DNA of 64,000 nucleotides. It comes from Macrostomum lignano (Eukaryota). Each line of letters opens with the position of its first letter. Position 1 is the first letter of the stretch. The notes beneath the pieces were generated by a model, which had not been told where the DNA came from, did no database searches, and worked only from the letters and a program-made list of their open reading frames with translations. Where the stretch lies: positions 496,001 to 560,000 of the forward strand of contig NIVC01000353.1 of NCBI GenBank assembly GCA_002269645.1. Direction: 5' to 3'. Below are positions 1 to 13,699 of the stretch, piece after piece. The position numbers were made by a program, and so were the translations under genes.

Positions 1-204
1 GAGGCCTCTTGGCTGCGCTATGCTTTTTCCAGTAGTTCTTTTTCGTCCCACCAGATTGTTGCTGCCTGTTTGGCAAAGCACCAATTTGAAAACTTTTTCC
101 GCGAGGAATTTTTTTCTTCACAGAACAGTCGTTCGTTTTAGATTGACAGGACAGAATCAATCCCGCATCTGTCTGATAATGTCGCTCATGTTATACACAA
201 TGTC

Positions 205-700
205 ACACATTTCAGACACAACCTCACACCTGTTAGACACAACCTCACACCTGTTAGACACAACCTCACACCTGTTAGACACAACCTTACACCTGTTAGA
301 CACAACCTCACACCTGTTAGACACAACCTCACACATGTTAGACCCAACCTCACACCTGTTAGGCACAACCTCACACCTGTTAGACACAACCTCACACCTG
401 TTGGACACAACCTCACACCTGTTAGGCACAACCTCACACCTGTTAGACACAACCTCACACCTGTTAGACACAACCTCACACCTGTTAGACACAACCTCAC
501 ACCTGTTGGACACAACCTCACACCTGTTAGGCACAACCTCACACCTGTTAGGCACAACCTCACACCTGTTAGACACAACCTCACATCTGATAGGCACAAC
601 CTCACACCTTGTTAGACACAACCTTACACATGTTAGGCACAACCTCACACCTGTTAGACACAACCTCACACCTGTTATACGCGATGTCACACCCGTTAGA
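205..700. repeat. 21-bp minisatellite (CACAACCTCACACCTGTTAGA)n
   Basis: Unit read directly; 7-aa periodic artefact ORFs (DTTSHLL). Confidence 0.97.
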
Positions 701-786
701 CACATTATTATTTAAAATCTGTCACCCAGTAACAGTTATCACTTCACGACAGGCAATATAAAAATGTACATTTTCGTTCAACTTAC

Positions 787-959
787 AGTGTCCAAGATGT
801 GAAACAGCGACATTCCAACACTGGTGTCCACCGGACTCGAATCCCTGCGAACCGGCCGGCTAGTGGTGTCGTATCCCCTGAGCAGTCGCTGCTTGAGCAT
901 GTACTCAACCGATGCGTTGATGTGTAACTGGCGGTCTTCGGTTAGCGAGTAGGCTAGGC
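787..959 (-). CDS. Internal exon of a Cys-loop ligand-gated ion channel (nAChR-like), start of extracellular domain; rest of gene not located
   Basis: aacgcAG acceptor and GTAAGT donor; LAYSLTEDRQLHINASVEYMLKQRLLRGYDTTSRPVRRDSSPVDTSVGMSLFHILDT fits the LL..Y....RPV......V.....L.QI.DV pattern of Cys-loop receptors. Confidence 0.8.
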
Positions 960-1179
960 CTGCGTTTAATCAGCAAGATTTCATATCCATATATTTTATA
1001 TTCCACAGCGTTCTCCTCCAACGAGACTATAGGGCATAGCATGGAAAATGGTGAACTAACTGGGCGTGTCAAATTAGGCGTCCTTGAGATACTAGATCCG
1101 GTGTCTGAGAGACTTTCTATTTAGTGACCTTGAGGAGTGAAGGTGTCAGTCACTAAAGTGCAACACTGGGTGTCCATTG

Positions 1180-1480
1180 GACGTCTCTGAGGTGCAACAT
1201 TGGGTGTCTCTGAGGTGCAACATTCGGTGTCTCTAAGGTGCAACATTCGGTGTCTTTGAGGTGCAACATTGGGCGTCTCTGAGGTGCAACATTCGGTGTC
1301 TCTGAGGTGCAACATTCGGTGTCTTTGAGGTGCAACATTGGGCGTCTCTGAGGTGCAACATTCGGTGTCTCTGAGGTGCAACATTCGGTGTCTTTGAGGT
1401 GCAACATTGGGCGTCCTTGAGGTGCAAAATTGAATGTCCTTGAGGTGCGAAATTGGGTATCCTTGAGGTGCAGCACTGGA
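1180..1480. repeat. 23-bp minisatellite (CTCTGAGGTGCAACATTCGGTGT)n
   Basis: Unit read directly. Confidence 0.95.
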
Positions 1481-2002
1481 TGCCTTGAGAAGCTATATAA
1501 CGAACTCAATACTGACGCTCGCTGAAATCCCATTGACGCCCTTAGTCGCTCCTCTTCAACTTAAAAATCCGGTTGACTCATTATTCTCACATTTGTTAAA
1601 GCATACAGCGAAGGATTTTTACTCCTAGAAATCTCAACTCAACGCAGCCCAGCTCAGAACGGGATTTCAATGTACAGTGACGGAATTCATAGAAGCGTAG
1701 CTAATTCTCACCTCGCAATCAAATAAGTCCCGATCGTCTCTACCGATTATTATCGAAATCCTACTTGACAAAAAAGGGCTTTACAAAAATCCCCACCCAA
1801 ATCCTGGCAGCGAACGGGTGGGATCCAGATTTCTTTTCCCGGGAATCGAGGATTCTTGGGATTAGGGCAAGGGGGCGGAGCACCCCAAATATCCCTACAA
1901 AAACTAAATGAAAAAAGCAACCATGCTCACTGGAGGACAGGAGCTCCACTTTTGCCAAACTCTTGGATGTGACATTCTCTGGTCTTAGGAGACGGGGAGT
2001 AA

Positions 2003-2950
2003 GGGCGCCCACCTAAGAGACAGTGGCGCCCACCTAAGAGACAGTGGCGCCAACCTAAGAGACAGTGGCGCCAACCTAAGAGACAGTGGCGCCAACCTAA
2101 GAGACAGTGAGACAGTGGCGCCAACCTAAGAGACAGTGGCGCCAACCTAAGAGACAGTGGCTCCAACCTAAGAGACAGTGGCGCCAACCTAAGAGACAGT
2201 GGCGCCAACCTAAGAGACAGTGGCGCCAACCTAAGAGACAGTGGCGCCAACCTAAGAGACAGTGGCGCCAACCTAAGAGACAGTGGCGCCAACCTAAGAG
2301 ACAGTGGCGCCAACCTAAGAGACAGTGGCGCCAACCTAAGAGACAGTGGCGCCAACCTAAGAGACAGTGGCGCCAACCTAAGAGACAGTGGCGCCAACCT
2401 AAGAGATAGTGGCGCCAACCTAAGAGACAGTGGCGCCAACCTAAGAGACAGTGGCGCCAACCTAAGAGACAGTGGCGCCAACCTAAGAGACAGTGGCTCC
2501 AACCTAAGAGACAGTGGCGCCAACCTAAGAGACAGTGGCTCCAGCCTAAGAGACAGTGGCGCCAACCTAAGAGACAGTGGCGCCAACCTAAGAGACAGTG
2601 GCGCCAACCTAAGAGACAGTGGCGCCAACCTAAGAGACAGTGGCGCCAACCTAAGAGACAGTGGCGCCCACCTAAGAGACAGTGGCGCCAACCTAAGAGA
2701 CAGTGGCGCCAACCTAAGAGACAGTGGCGCCAACCTAAGAGACAGTGGCGCCCACCTAAGAGACAGTGGCGCCAACCGAAGAGAGACAGTGGCGCCAATT
2801 CCTAAGAGACAGTGGCGCCAATTCCTAAGAGACAGTGGCGCCAACCTAAGAGACAGTGGCTCCAATTCCTAAGAGACAGTGAGACAGTGGCGCCAACCTA
2901 AGAGACAGTCAGACAGTGGCGCCCATCTACCCAAAAGACAGGGGCGCCGA
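2003..2950 (+). repeat. 21-bp minisatellite (AAGAGACAGTGGCGCCAACCT)n, about 40 copies
   Basis: Unit read directly; same family at 37083 (reverse) and 42240. Confidence 0.97.
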
Positions 2951-3829
2951 ACTTACATTGGGTTCTGAAAAACAAAGCTTTGATTATTATACGATATCTC
3001 GCTAAAGACGATACTAAACCAGGGGCTTCTAAAAGCTGAGCTCTAACCTATGCTGACTCCCCCTCTGCTGACTTTCTGTAGCCAAGGGGAAGCCAAATTG
3101 GAAATTTTTAATGGAATTTTGACGGAAGTTGTGCTCAGGATAGCATTTGAGTCCGAAATTCCTCTTTCCCACTCGCTCTCTCACTGACTCCCTAGAGTCG
3201 CTGGGTCGGTTCATTCCCATTTTAAGCTTGCTGTTTTACCGTAGGTCACCAATACATCAATTCGTTGTTGAAGCCAATTCTGACCTACTCGATATGCAAA
3301 GCAGTCAAGCAAAACCTATTGAAGCTATGTTAGCATAGCTTCGTTTATAATTTAGTGCCTATGAATAAATTAATAAAACCAGCAGTTGCTTGGGACTCTT
3401 GAGAAATTCTCCAACTAGTCCGAGCACATTCTCGGGAGAAGGTTATTAATGAAGAAAAGGCTCCCGTCTTTTATCTTCGGCCATAGACTACTTCAGAAAA
3501 CTATCGTTCCCTGGACGGCTTCCTGCAGTTGGAAGTCCGGGTCTTTTATTCCCCATTTGGGCCTGGCCATAGACTATAGGAACATGTTGATTTAGCCTGA
3601 CGCAATAAAACTTTGTCTATTGTAGAAAGTCTCCACACCTCCATCTACGTCAAAGTAGCTTATTTATTGGTTTGCTTTTTATTTCCTTACGAAGGCTGAC
3701 TGTCTCAAATATATACGAAGTACTTCATGGGGCAAGATGAACTTTCGAGGACACCTCAATAATACAGCGTTCGGCTTGAGTTCTAATTGAGTTTAAAGAA
3801 AATTGTATTAATTTTATGTCTGTACTTTT

Positions 3830-4380
3830 CAATACCTGTCTGTACTCTTCTATACCTGTCTCTACTCTTCTATTCCTGTCTCTACTCATCCCTACCTGTC
3901 CCTACCCTTCTATACCTGTCTGTACTCTTCTATACCTGTCTGTACTCTTCTATACCTGTCTCTACCCTTCTATACCTGTCTGTACTCTTCTATACCTGTC
4001 TGTACTCTTCTATACCTGTCTGTACTCTTCTATACCTGTCTATACTCTTCTATACCTGTCTGTACTCTTCTATACCTGTCTGTACTCTTCTATACCTGTC
4101 TGTACTCTTCTATACCTGTCTGTACTCATCTATACCTGTCCGTACTCATCTATACCTGTCTCTACTCCTCTATACCTGTCTCTACTCATCTATACCTGTC
4201 TCTACTCATCTATACCTGTCCCTACCCTTCTATACCTGTCTGTACTCTTCTATACCTGTCCCTACCCTTCTATATCTGTCTGTACTCTTCTATACCTGTC
4301 CCTACCCTTCTATACCTGTCTGTACTCTTCTATACCTGTCCCTACCCTTCTATACCTGTCTGTACTCTTCTATACCTGCC
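3830..4380. repeat. 20-bp minisatellite (TATACCTGTCTGTACTCTTC)n
   Basis: Unit read directly; same family at 14488. Confidence 0.97.
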
Positions 4381-4559
4381 TCTATAAGCTTAAACAGCCT
4401 ATTGCTATTAAATTTAGACAGAAAATTGTTTGCTAGGAACCATTATAGCAATTTAATTTCTTTGTCAAAGTACACAATAGTTGACCGGAAGTTCGACTCT
4501 TTCGAGCAATCAAAACGCGACGCCGCTCTGGCCACAACTGGCTAGCGCATTCTATATGC

Positions 4560-4990
4560 CTAGGAATTAGTTTAAGTCTACTAATAACAAGTAAGCGGCG
4601 TGCGTGCTCATGCAGACTCGAGGGACTGCGCCAAGCAAGTGCTGAGGCCTTTCGCGCAGTGGAAACTCGTGCATAGTTGCGTGCGCTCCCAAGCCAGTCC
4701 GCTCTCTCCTCTTACCCCTTGCTAGCTACTTCTCAACTGCCTTGGCTCTACCTAGACTTTACTTTACTCCGGAAGCCGACTGACTCAATTCAGCCAGCCA
4801 GTCAGTCAGCCGGTTCCCGAGGGGCGACAAGCGGAGAGCAGAGGAAGTGAGACGGGCAGGCAGAAGACAGACTAAGCTAAAGGCTGCTTCTGTAGAGAAT
4901 AAGTAACTCGATAATAAAACTCGGCTTCTTCTCCAGCCAAGACAGGAGTTGTGGCTGAAATCCCAACAGTTTGGGAGCTTGGGATTAAAA
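4560..4990 (+). mobile_element. Possible LTR remnant with degenerate primer-binding site
   Basis: AATAAA at about 4912, ends CCCAACA, followed by TGGGAGCTTGGGAT loosely like a tRNA-Pro PBS; no matching 5' TGTTGGG or TSD found. Confidence 0.2.
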
Positions 4991-5147
4991 TAAGCCCAAA
5001 GCGGTTCTGATCGAGGCGTGAAATCTTGGAATTGGTGAATGGCTTCACACGCCACCAAGTCTGCTCCTGACAGGCAGAAATCCAAAAAATAATCATATTT
5101 CTTCAACTAATTTCAAATTCTGTTGTGGCTAATTCTTTAGCAAATTG

Positions 5148-6742
5148 TGTTTGTGGCGCCGAAAGTCATTGTTTTGTGGCGCCGAAAATCATTGTTTTTG
5201 TGGCGCCAAAAATCAGTGGTTTTGTGGCTCCGAAAAATCGTTGTGTTTGTGGCACCGAAATCTGTGTGTTTGTGGCGCTGAAACTCTGTGTGTTTGTGGC
5301 GCCGAAATCTGTGTGTTTGTGGCGCCGAAATTTGTGTGTTTGTGGCGCCGAAATCTGTGTGTTTGTGGCGCTGAAACTCTGTGTGTTTGTTTGTGGCTCC
5401 GAAATCTGTGTGTTTGTGGCGCTGAAACTCTGTGTATTTGTGGCGCCGAAATCTGTGTGTTTGTGGCGCCGAAATCTGTGTGTTTGTGGCGCCGAAATCT
5501 GTGTGTTTGTGGCGCCGAAATTTGTGTGTTTGTGGCGCTGAAACTCTGTATGTTTGTTTGTGGCGCCGAAATCTGTGTGTTTGTAGCGCTGAAACTCTGT
5601 GTGTTTGTGGCACCGAAAGTCATTGTTTTCTGGCGCCGAAAATCATTGTTTTTGTGGCGCCAAAAATCAGTGGTTTTGTGGCTCCGAAAAATCGTTGTGT
5701 TTGTGGCGCCGAAATCTGTGTGTTTGTGGCGCTGAAACTCTGTGTGTTTGTGGCGCCGAAATCTGTGTGTTTGTGGCGCCGAAATTTGTGTGTTTGTGGC
5801 GCCGAAATCTGTGTGTTTGTGGCGCTGAAACTCTGTGTGTTTGTTTGTGGCTCCGAAATCTGTGTGTTTGTGGCGCTGAAACTCTGTGTGTTTGTGGCGC
5901 CGAAATCTGTGTGTTTGTGGCGCCGAAATCTGTGTGTTTGTGGCGCCGAAATCTGTGTGTTTGTGGCGCCGAAATTTGTGTGTTTGTGGCGCTGAAACTC
6001 TGTATGTTTGTTTGTGGCGCCGAAATCTGTGTGTTTGTAGCGCTGAAACTCTGTGTGTTTGTGGCACCGAAAGTCATTGTTTTCTGGCGCCGAAAATCAT
6101 TGTTTTTGTGGCGCCAAAAATCAGTGGTTTTGTGGCTCCGAAAAATCGTTGTGTTTGTGGCGCCGAAATCTGTGTGTTTGTGGCGCTGAAACTCTGTGTG
6201 TTTGTGGCGCCGAAATCTGTGTGTTTGTGGCGCCGAAATTTGTGTGTTTGTGGCGCCGAAATCTGTGTGTTTGTGGCGCTGAAACTCTGTGTGTTTGTTT
6301 GTGGCTCCGAAATCTGTGTGTTTGTGGCGCTGAAACTCTGTGTGTTTGTGGCGCCGAAATCTGTGTGTTTGTGGCGCCGAAATCTGTGTGTTTGTGGCGC
6401 CGAAATCTGTGTGTTTGTGGCACCGAAATCTGTGTGTTTGTGGCGCCGAAATCTGTGTGTTTGTGGCGCCGAAATCTGTGTGTTTGTGGCGCCGAAATTT
6501 GTGTGTTTGTGGCGCTGAAACTCTGTATGTTTGTTTGTGGCACCGAAATCTGTGTGTTTGTGGCGCCGAAATCTGTGTGTTTGTGGCGCCGAAATCTGTG
6601 TGTTTGTGGCGCCGAAATCTGTGTGTTTGTGGCGCTGAAACTCTGTGTGTTTGTGGCACCGAAACTCTGTGTGTTTGTTTGTGGCGCTGAAAATCTGTGT
6701 GTTTGTGGCACCGAAACTCTGTGTTTAATTTGTGGCGCCAAA
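5148..6742. repeat. 23-bp minisatellite (GTGGCGCCGAAATCTGTGTGTTT)n with 454-bp higher-order repeat
   Basis: Near-identical variant blocks recur at 5145, 5599 and 6053. Confidence 0.95.
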
Positions 6743-7500
6743 AATCAGCTTTCACTTTTAACTGAACCAAAATGAATTCTCATTTTGTGGTCGAGAAAAT
6801 CCGTTTTTGCCCTGGCATGAAACTAATTTAATAAGAAGTGCTAAATGGCCCAATATCCATTTATAACTACATAACTGCATGAAGGCTACATATAAGACTT
6901 TAGTAAAACAGCTCAAATGAACATCTGGGAAATTCTGCGCGCGATTGAATTATTTTCTTTACAGACGAACTGTCAATCACTTCTGAAACATATAATATGT
7001 GTGGAAAACTGAAGTAAAATAGAAGGGCGCTACAAGGGTATTCTCGGTTGAGACCAGTAAGGAATGTACAAGTATGTCGTATCGCTATAGTGAATTTATT
7101 GGCCTCCCAGCTCCTTTCCAAAAAATCGAGTCCATCTTCCTTTCTAATTGCAATTTTCTTCGCAAAATTGGTTGGAAACTAAAAATAATTCCAGTCTGTA
7201 TAAAACTACAAAGCAATTTATAACGAGACGAGACTTACACTTCAACGCGGATGCAATAAATAAAATCCAGCAAATGAGGATTAAGGGCCGAACTAATATG
7301 CTGGTCATTTTGTTGATTAATTCAATCGATATTCAAATTACTAGGCTACGATTGTCTACTTTGTGAAAGATTTTCTGGCTGAATAAAAATTCAGCCTTTT
7401 TAGCGGCTTGAAACATAGGAACTCCAGAGCCAATAGAAGAGGGGAGCCCGCAGTGCGCCCAACCATTCAAGGGCTTGTAAGATCAGTGCCGTTTTGATTG

Positions 7501-7995
7501 GGAGCGGAGTGACACCTGTTAGACAGGAATGTATCACCTGTTAGACAGGAGTGTATCACCTGTTAGACAGGAGTGTATCACCTGTTAGACAGGAGTGTAT
7601 CACCTGTTAGACAGAAGTGTATTACCTGTTAGACAGGAGTGTATCACCTGTTAGACAGAAGTGTATCACCTGTTAGACAGGAATGGCACCTGTTAGACAG
7701 GATTGTTACCTGTTAGACAGGAATGTCACCTGTTAGACTGGATTATGTCAACCTTTAGACAGGAGCGGAGTGACACCTGTTAGAGAGGAGTGTATCACCT
7801 GTTAGAGAGGAGTGTATCACCTGTTAGACAGGAGTGTATCACCTGTTAGAGAGGAGTGTATCACCTGTTAGACAGAAGTGTATCACCTGTTAGACAGGAT
7901 TGTTACCTGTTAGACAGGAGTGTATCACCTGTTAGACAGGAGTGTATCACCTGTTAGACAGAAATGTATCACCTGTGTGAGCTGTTAGACAGGAG
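7501..7995. repeat. 22-bp minisatellite (CACCTGTTAGACAGGAGTGTAT)n
   Basis: Unit read directly. Confidence 0.95.
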
Positions 7996-8599
7996 CGTCG
8001 CATGATATAGCAGAAATCAAAAGTTTATCTATACACTCGGATTTCCTGAAGGCTTGAAGCAACTTGCTTTTGGTAATCCAGCAAGTACCATGCAGTATGC
8101 GTCAGAGAGCTAAATATGTTTTTAATAATATTCTCTCTCACCCTTACCTACCCTGTATTATTAGCACAATCTACTCAGCCTAGTCGGTAATAACAAGAAT
8201 GTCACGAATTTTCCTTATACACAAGTATTACGAATAGACGTAACACTTGCATGAACCAAGGCATATTAGAAAGCAGACTTTGAAATGGGAGATCGCGGAA
8301 ACCAAAACAACACTGCTTGCCACTTGACTCGACTGTTTATTGATTGCATAGAAACTTCACAAAAAGAGTAACTAGAGTGATTAGGAAGATTACTGGATTA
8401 TTAATTAGCTTGTTTAGCTGCGATCTAGCTTTTAGCTAGGTTTAACAAAATAACAACTACGGCAACAATTCTTATAGAAACGATACTGGCACAACTTCTG
8501 AAAACCGATTCAATAACACAATACGAGCTTACCTTGGTTTCGCTTGAACAACAGCAAGTTTGAAGCTAATGCTGATAAATAGAGGGAAAACAAACAGAA

Positions 8600-8793
<194 letters not shown>

Positions 8794-8927
8794 CAGAAAC
8801 AAACAATTTATTGACATTAACAAATTAGAATTTAAACACGGGCTGCTTTTATAACAGAAGCCAACATTAAACACAAGAAAAGTTTCATTCCGTTGATGAG
8901 TTCAACATCGGTCCTTGAATCATTCAT

Positions 8928-8997
8928 TCATTCATTGACCATACTTTGCTCCTGGTGCTGGTGCTGCTGCTGCTGTTGCTCGATCTCCTGTTCCATC

Positions 8998-9032
<35 letters not shown>

Positions 9033-11930
9033 TTGAGCAGTCTCATTATCTATCGCAGCTGTCACAGCGTAGTAAGCTTCGGTGGCATCGCCAGTGGACA
9101 GAGCGGAGGCGATGGCCAGACCAGCCGACTGGCCATGATAGTGGTCGTACAGCTGCTGGTACTGCGGATAATAGTACTGCTGCTGCTGCTGCTGCTGCTG
9201 TTGAAAAGCAAATGCATTAGCGGGATGATGATAGGCGGCCAATTGGTACTGCGAATCTGGCGTATGTAACGCCATTGGAATCTGTTGATATTGCTGCTGC
9301 TGTTGCTGCTGCTGCTGCGAGTCAAAGCTGCCGCCGCCGTAGCCAACCATCTGCTGGTAAATTTGCATAGCTTGATCGTGCTGCTGCTGCTGCTGCTGAT
9401 GCAATAGCAGAGCCTGCAGCTGAGCATCTGAGCTGTCAACCATTTGCATTTGCATTTGCTGCTGTTGTTGCTGCTGCTCTAAGTCGCCTGAAATGCATTT
9501 AATTAGACAGTAGATATCTCACCCGAATAAAAAAAGCGTACAATACTACTTTTAGTAACATAAAAATATAAATTAAGAACTCAGCATAGCATCAGTTTTC
9601 GGACACTCCTATCTTAACCGATAAGCAGCCTTTACTGCCACCCCAATGTCTTACTGATAAGCAGCCACTCAAATATCTTACTGATAAGCAGCCACTCAAA
9701 TATCTTACTGATAAGCCGCCACTCCAGTATGTTACTGATAAGCCGCCACCCCAATATCTTACTGATAAGCCGCCACTCCAGTATGTTACTGATAAGCCGC
9801 CACTCCAGTATGTTACTGATAAGCCGCCACTCCAGTATGTTACTGATAAGCCGCCACCCCAATATCTTACTGATAAGCCGCCACCCCAATATCTTACTTA
9901 CAGGTATAAGCCGCCACCCCAATATCTTACTTACAGGTATAAGCCGCCACCCCAATATCTTACTTACAGGTATAAGCCGCCACCCCAATATCTTACTTAC
10001 AGGTATAAGCCGCCACTCCAATGTCTTACTGATAAGCCGCCACTCCAATGTCTTACTGATAAGCCGCCACTCCAATGTCTTACTGATAAGCCGCCACTCC
10101 AATGTCTTACTGATAAGCCGCCACTCCAATGTCTTACTGATAAGCCGCCACTCCAATGTCTTACTGATAAGCCGCCACTCCAATGTCTTACTGATAAGCC
10201 GCCACTCCAATGTCTTACTGATAAGCCGCCACTCCAATGTCTTACTGATAAGCCGCCACTCCAATGTCTTACTGATAAGCCGCCACTCCAATGTCTTACT
10301 GATAAGCCGCCACTCCAATGTCTTACTGATAAGCCGCCACTCCAATGTCTTACTGATAAGCCGCCACTCCAATGTCTTACTGATAAGCCGCCACTCCATT
10401 ATCTTACTGATAAGCCGCCACTCCAGTATGTTACTGATAAGCCGCCATACTGCTAGTGGAACTAGCAGTTGGGAATTCCCTACTGACAATTTTTTGCCGC
10501 GCCGAAACGGAGAAACACAGGCACACAAAATTTAAGAACACGGGCTAACTTTTTGCTGCACACCTTCTTAAACAAGAAGGAAGTCACAAGCTTACAGAAC
10601 GTCGAAATATTTAACAATTCTGCCAGAAGTTCGGATTTTTCTCATAATCCCATATACCCTTATGCGCCGATCAGTACTGTGCCTCAATGCAGCCTTGCCA
10701 AGCCTCCAAATTTCATCAGCACGCGAAATGTGTCTGTATCAGCCTTGACTTCGTTGGTCACTAGCCTTTACCCAGGCGAAGCTTCTAGACCTTTAACAGG
10801 TGGCACCAGGTGACTATGGACACCATGTTGCGAATTTTTCTAGTTTCACTGATCAAGCCTGGACAGTGGGCAAACCAAAACTGCTGGAAATCCTCAGTTA
10901 TTCTCTCAAGTATAATAAGCCGTCAAGTTCTTGAGACAGTAACTCTCAAGAAATTATTTCGTCACTAATCCGACGCTGTAGGCACCTTCAGCAGGTGGCA
11001 CCGGGCCCACGGGACTATCAACGATATTTTTCAAATTTTTTACGTCGATAGCAAGTAAAGTCAAGAAAATGTTACTATTCCAATAAAAACAAATTCGTCC
11101 CTATGTATATATACAATAATTTATGTCGCGTATACGGTACTATACTATCACTAGATATGAGCTCTGACACACCAACACGTCCAACCGATGCACTCATGCA
11201 CGCTCACCAAACGCATCCGGCTCTGTCGCTGTGGCTGCAGAATTCTGCTGTCTTCCACTGGTCTTCGATTTTTTTCCTACTTTCTTTCCGCCGCCAGCCT
11301 TCGACTTGCTGATCTTCTGCTGCTGTTGCCGATGCGGAGCAGCTGCAGTCTTCTTGTTCGACTGTCGATCCGTTGAAGAAGTCGCAGCTACCGACGAAGC
11401 GCCAGCGGTTGCAGCGTTTGTCATTGACGAGCCGCAGTGCCGTTTCTTCTCGTGCTGCGCCTTGGCGCTAGCGTTGCGACAAACATAGTCGCAATAGTTG
11501 CATTTGAACCTGGCGCAGTCGGTGTGCTTCAAACCTTCGTGCCGGCTGGCAAATATTCGATTGCAACGGCGGCACTCGAACATTGGCCTCGGTCGACCCT
11601 CGCGGTCTCGGGTGGTCACCACCGTGAGACTGTCGGCAATGGTCTCTCGGCCGGACAGGTGACTCATGTAGCTGCTGGGCTCCGGCTCGTTGTCGACGCG
11701 CAGATCGAGGCGAAGGCAGCAGATCAGAGCCGACGGGGTGATCAGTTTGGCGCGTTGGTGAACCGCACTCTGCTGATAGGCTTGATCCTGCTGCTGCATG
11801 AATCGCATCTGAAATGCCAGCGTGACGGACAGTACGTAAAAGACTGTCTGTATGTCCAATTATAAGCTACTAAAAGCGGAACTACCGACAGACGGACAGA
11901 CAAACAGGCAGGTAGGAAAGCAAGGCGAGC

Positions 11931-11967
<37 letters not shown>

Positions 11968-12006
11968 GGTAGACAGATAGACAGACAGACAGACAGACAG
12001 GTAGAC

Positions 12007-12073
<67 letters not shown>

Positions 12074-12078
12074 TAGAC

Positions 12079-12175
<97 letters not shown>

Positions 12176-13512
12176 GTCAGGCAGACAGACAGACAGCCAG
12201 ACAGACAGGCTACAGACAGAGGAATATAATTTGTTTTAATGATATAGACAGAAGGACAAATTGATAGAATTCCCTGAGCTCCAAACTTCAAATCCTCGAA
12301 ACAATATCGATCACTTTCCAATGCAAAGCCAAAAATTCGCAAGCTCAAAATTTCACGACGTCGAGAAGTCTTGCCTGTCACTTCCGCTAGCTTTCAACTT
12401 GAACGAATTCTAACGCAGTTTAGGTGACCCAGTCAGTGGACAGATCAGTATGTACTGTATGCACTGAACTCATGAGATGCGCATTATGACAAATAGAAAT
12501 TAAGCATCACTTGTATATAGCGGCTACTTACCGCATTTAAATGCACATCTACAATGTGCTGAGCCATCGCCTCGATCTCGCCGAACACTTGGCCGCACAA
12601 TCCGCACTCGAACTGGCTAAACTGACCCTGGCCGACAATGCAGGCGCTCGGAGCTTTTGACAGATTTGGGGCTCTGCCGGTTTCCGATTTGGACACGACT
12701 GAGGCGGCGGCTGTGAAGTCGTCATTAGCCACAGTTGTTGGCGCTGCTGCCTCAACGGTGCTAAGCACTGCAGTTCGATCTGTCTCCAGATTCACCAAGT
12801 TAATGGTTTGTTTTACTCCAACATCTGCTGCAACCTGTGCATTTACACTGCTGCTGGACTGATTGACAGATTGGATGCTGAACGCTTCTTGACCGGAGAT
12901 GCCTCCTGGATGCGGTTGTCGCTGCAGCTGATCTTGTTGTATAGCCATCAACTGTTCACGAAATGAAGCCTGCTCGTTGTCGGTTGACCAATACTTCAGT
13001 TCGTGCTGATTCGTTTGGAACATCATGCTGCTAGCTTGATCATTAGAGATTGAGAAGACTGCATCACTATCAGCTATAGAAACTGGGTGACTATCTGTAT
13101 TCCGTCCACACTCCACACCACAGCCGCCTCTATTAGCTGACTGAAAGCTACCGTCAAAGTAGACACCGCCACCTTCGGCAGCGCTGGATGGTGCGGGAAT
13201 ATCAGCTAAAGTATCTGCAGTCGTAGTCGCTTGAATCGTTGCAGAATTTGTCAGCTCCTCTTTGAGAGAGTTGAAATCAGCGGCAGCTGGATTGGCCGCA
13301 TCATTTTTAGACGATTCAGAAATTGAATTGTGTCTCTGAGTTTCGTCCTTTCGAGTTAGAAATGCGCTGCTAACGTCAGCAAAGTAGCTGCGATGCTGCG
13401 CTGTAGATTCAGTTTGCTGCTCTGGCGGTTGCTGCTGCTGATACTGCATCATATTGCCTTCAAAAGTACCGGATTCCGGCTCCTGGTGCTGGACATGCGA
13501 ATTCGAGTTCAT
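8928..13512 (-). CDS. C2H2 zinc-finger protein with poly-Q tracts, about 713 aa; exons 13512-12532, 11808-11208, 9487-8928
   Basis: Intron phases 0 and 1 match across canonical GTAAGT/GTGAGC and TTTCAG sites; three C2H2-type fingers (CGLC..H..VH; CRRC..H; CNYC..H...H); minus-strand AATAAA at about 8805; in-frame alternative acceptor at 11847 possible. Confidence 0.85.
9645..10447. repeat. 27-bp (33-bp variant) minisatellite (CCGCCACTCCAATGTCTTACTGATAAG)n in zinc-finger intron 2
   Basis: Unit read directly. Confidence 0.96.
11931..12212. repeat. (GACA)n microsatellite in zinc-finger intron 1
   Basis: Read directly. Confidence 0.97.
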
Positions 13513-13699
13513 TTTATATGTTAGCGAATAGCAGACTTCTAAATCTAATAAGACGAGAATTAACCCTGAGACGTTCGCTAAAAGACTTAACAAACGCAAT
13601 AAATAAAGAAACAAGAGAAAATTCAATCGATGCAAGGAATAGGTCTATGGCCTAGGTCTAGGTCTAGGTTGTTTCCGTTTTTTTATAACCTCATAATCC

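Noticed and set aside
10449-10469. 9-bp hairpin ACTGCTAGT-GGA-ACTAGCAGT at the edge of the 27-bp array
   Set aside because: Short enough to arise by chance; no Helitron CTRR end or TSD
13513-13635. Hydrophobic signal-peptide-like start of ORF 12484-13635
   Set aside because: AT-rich sequence largely upstream of a TTTAG acceptor; the ATG at 13512 (AAAATG) fits a nuclear zinc-finger protein better
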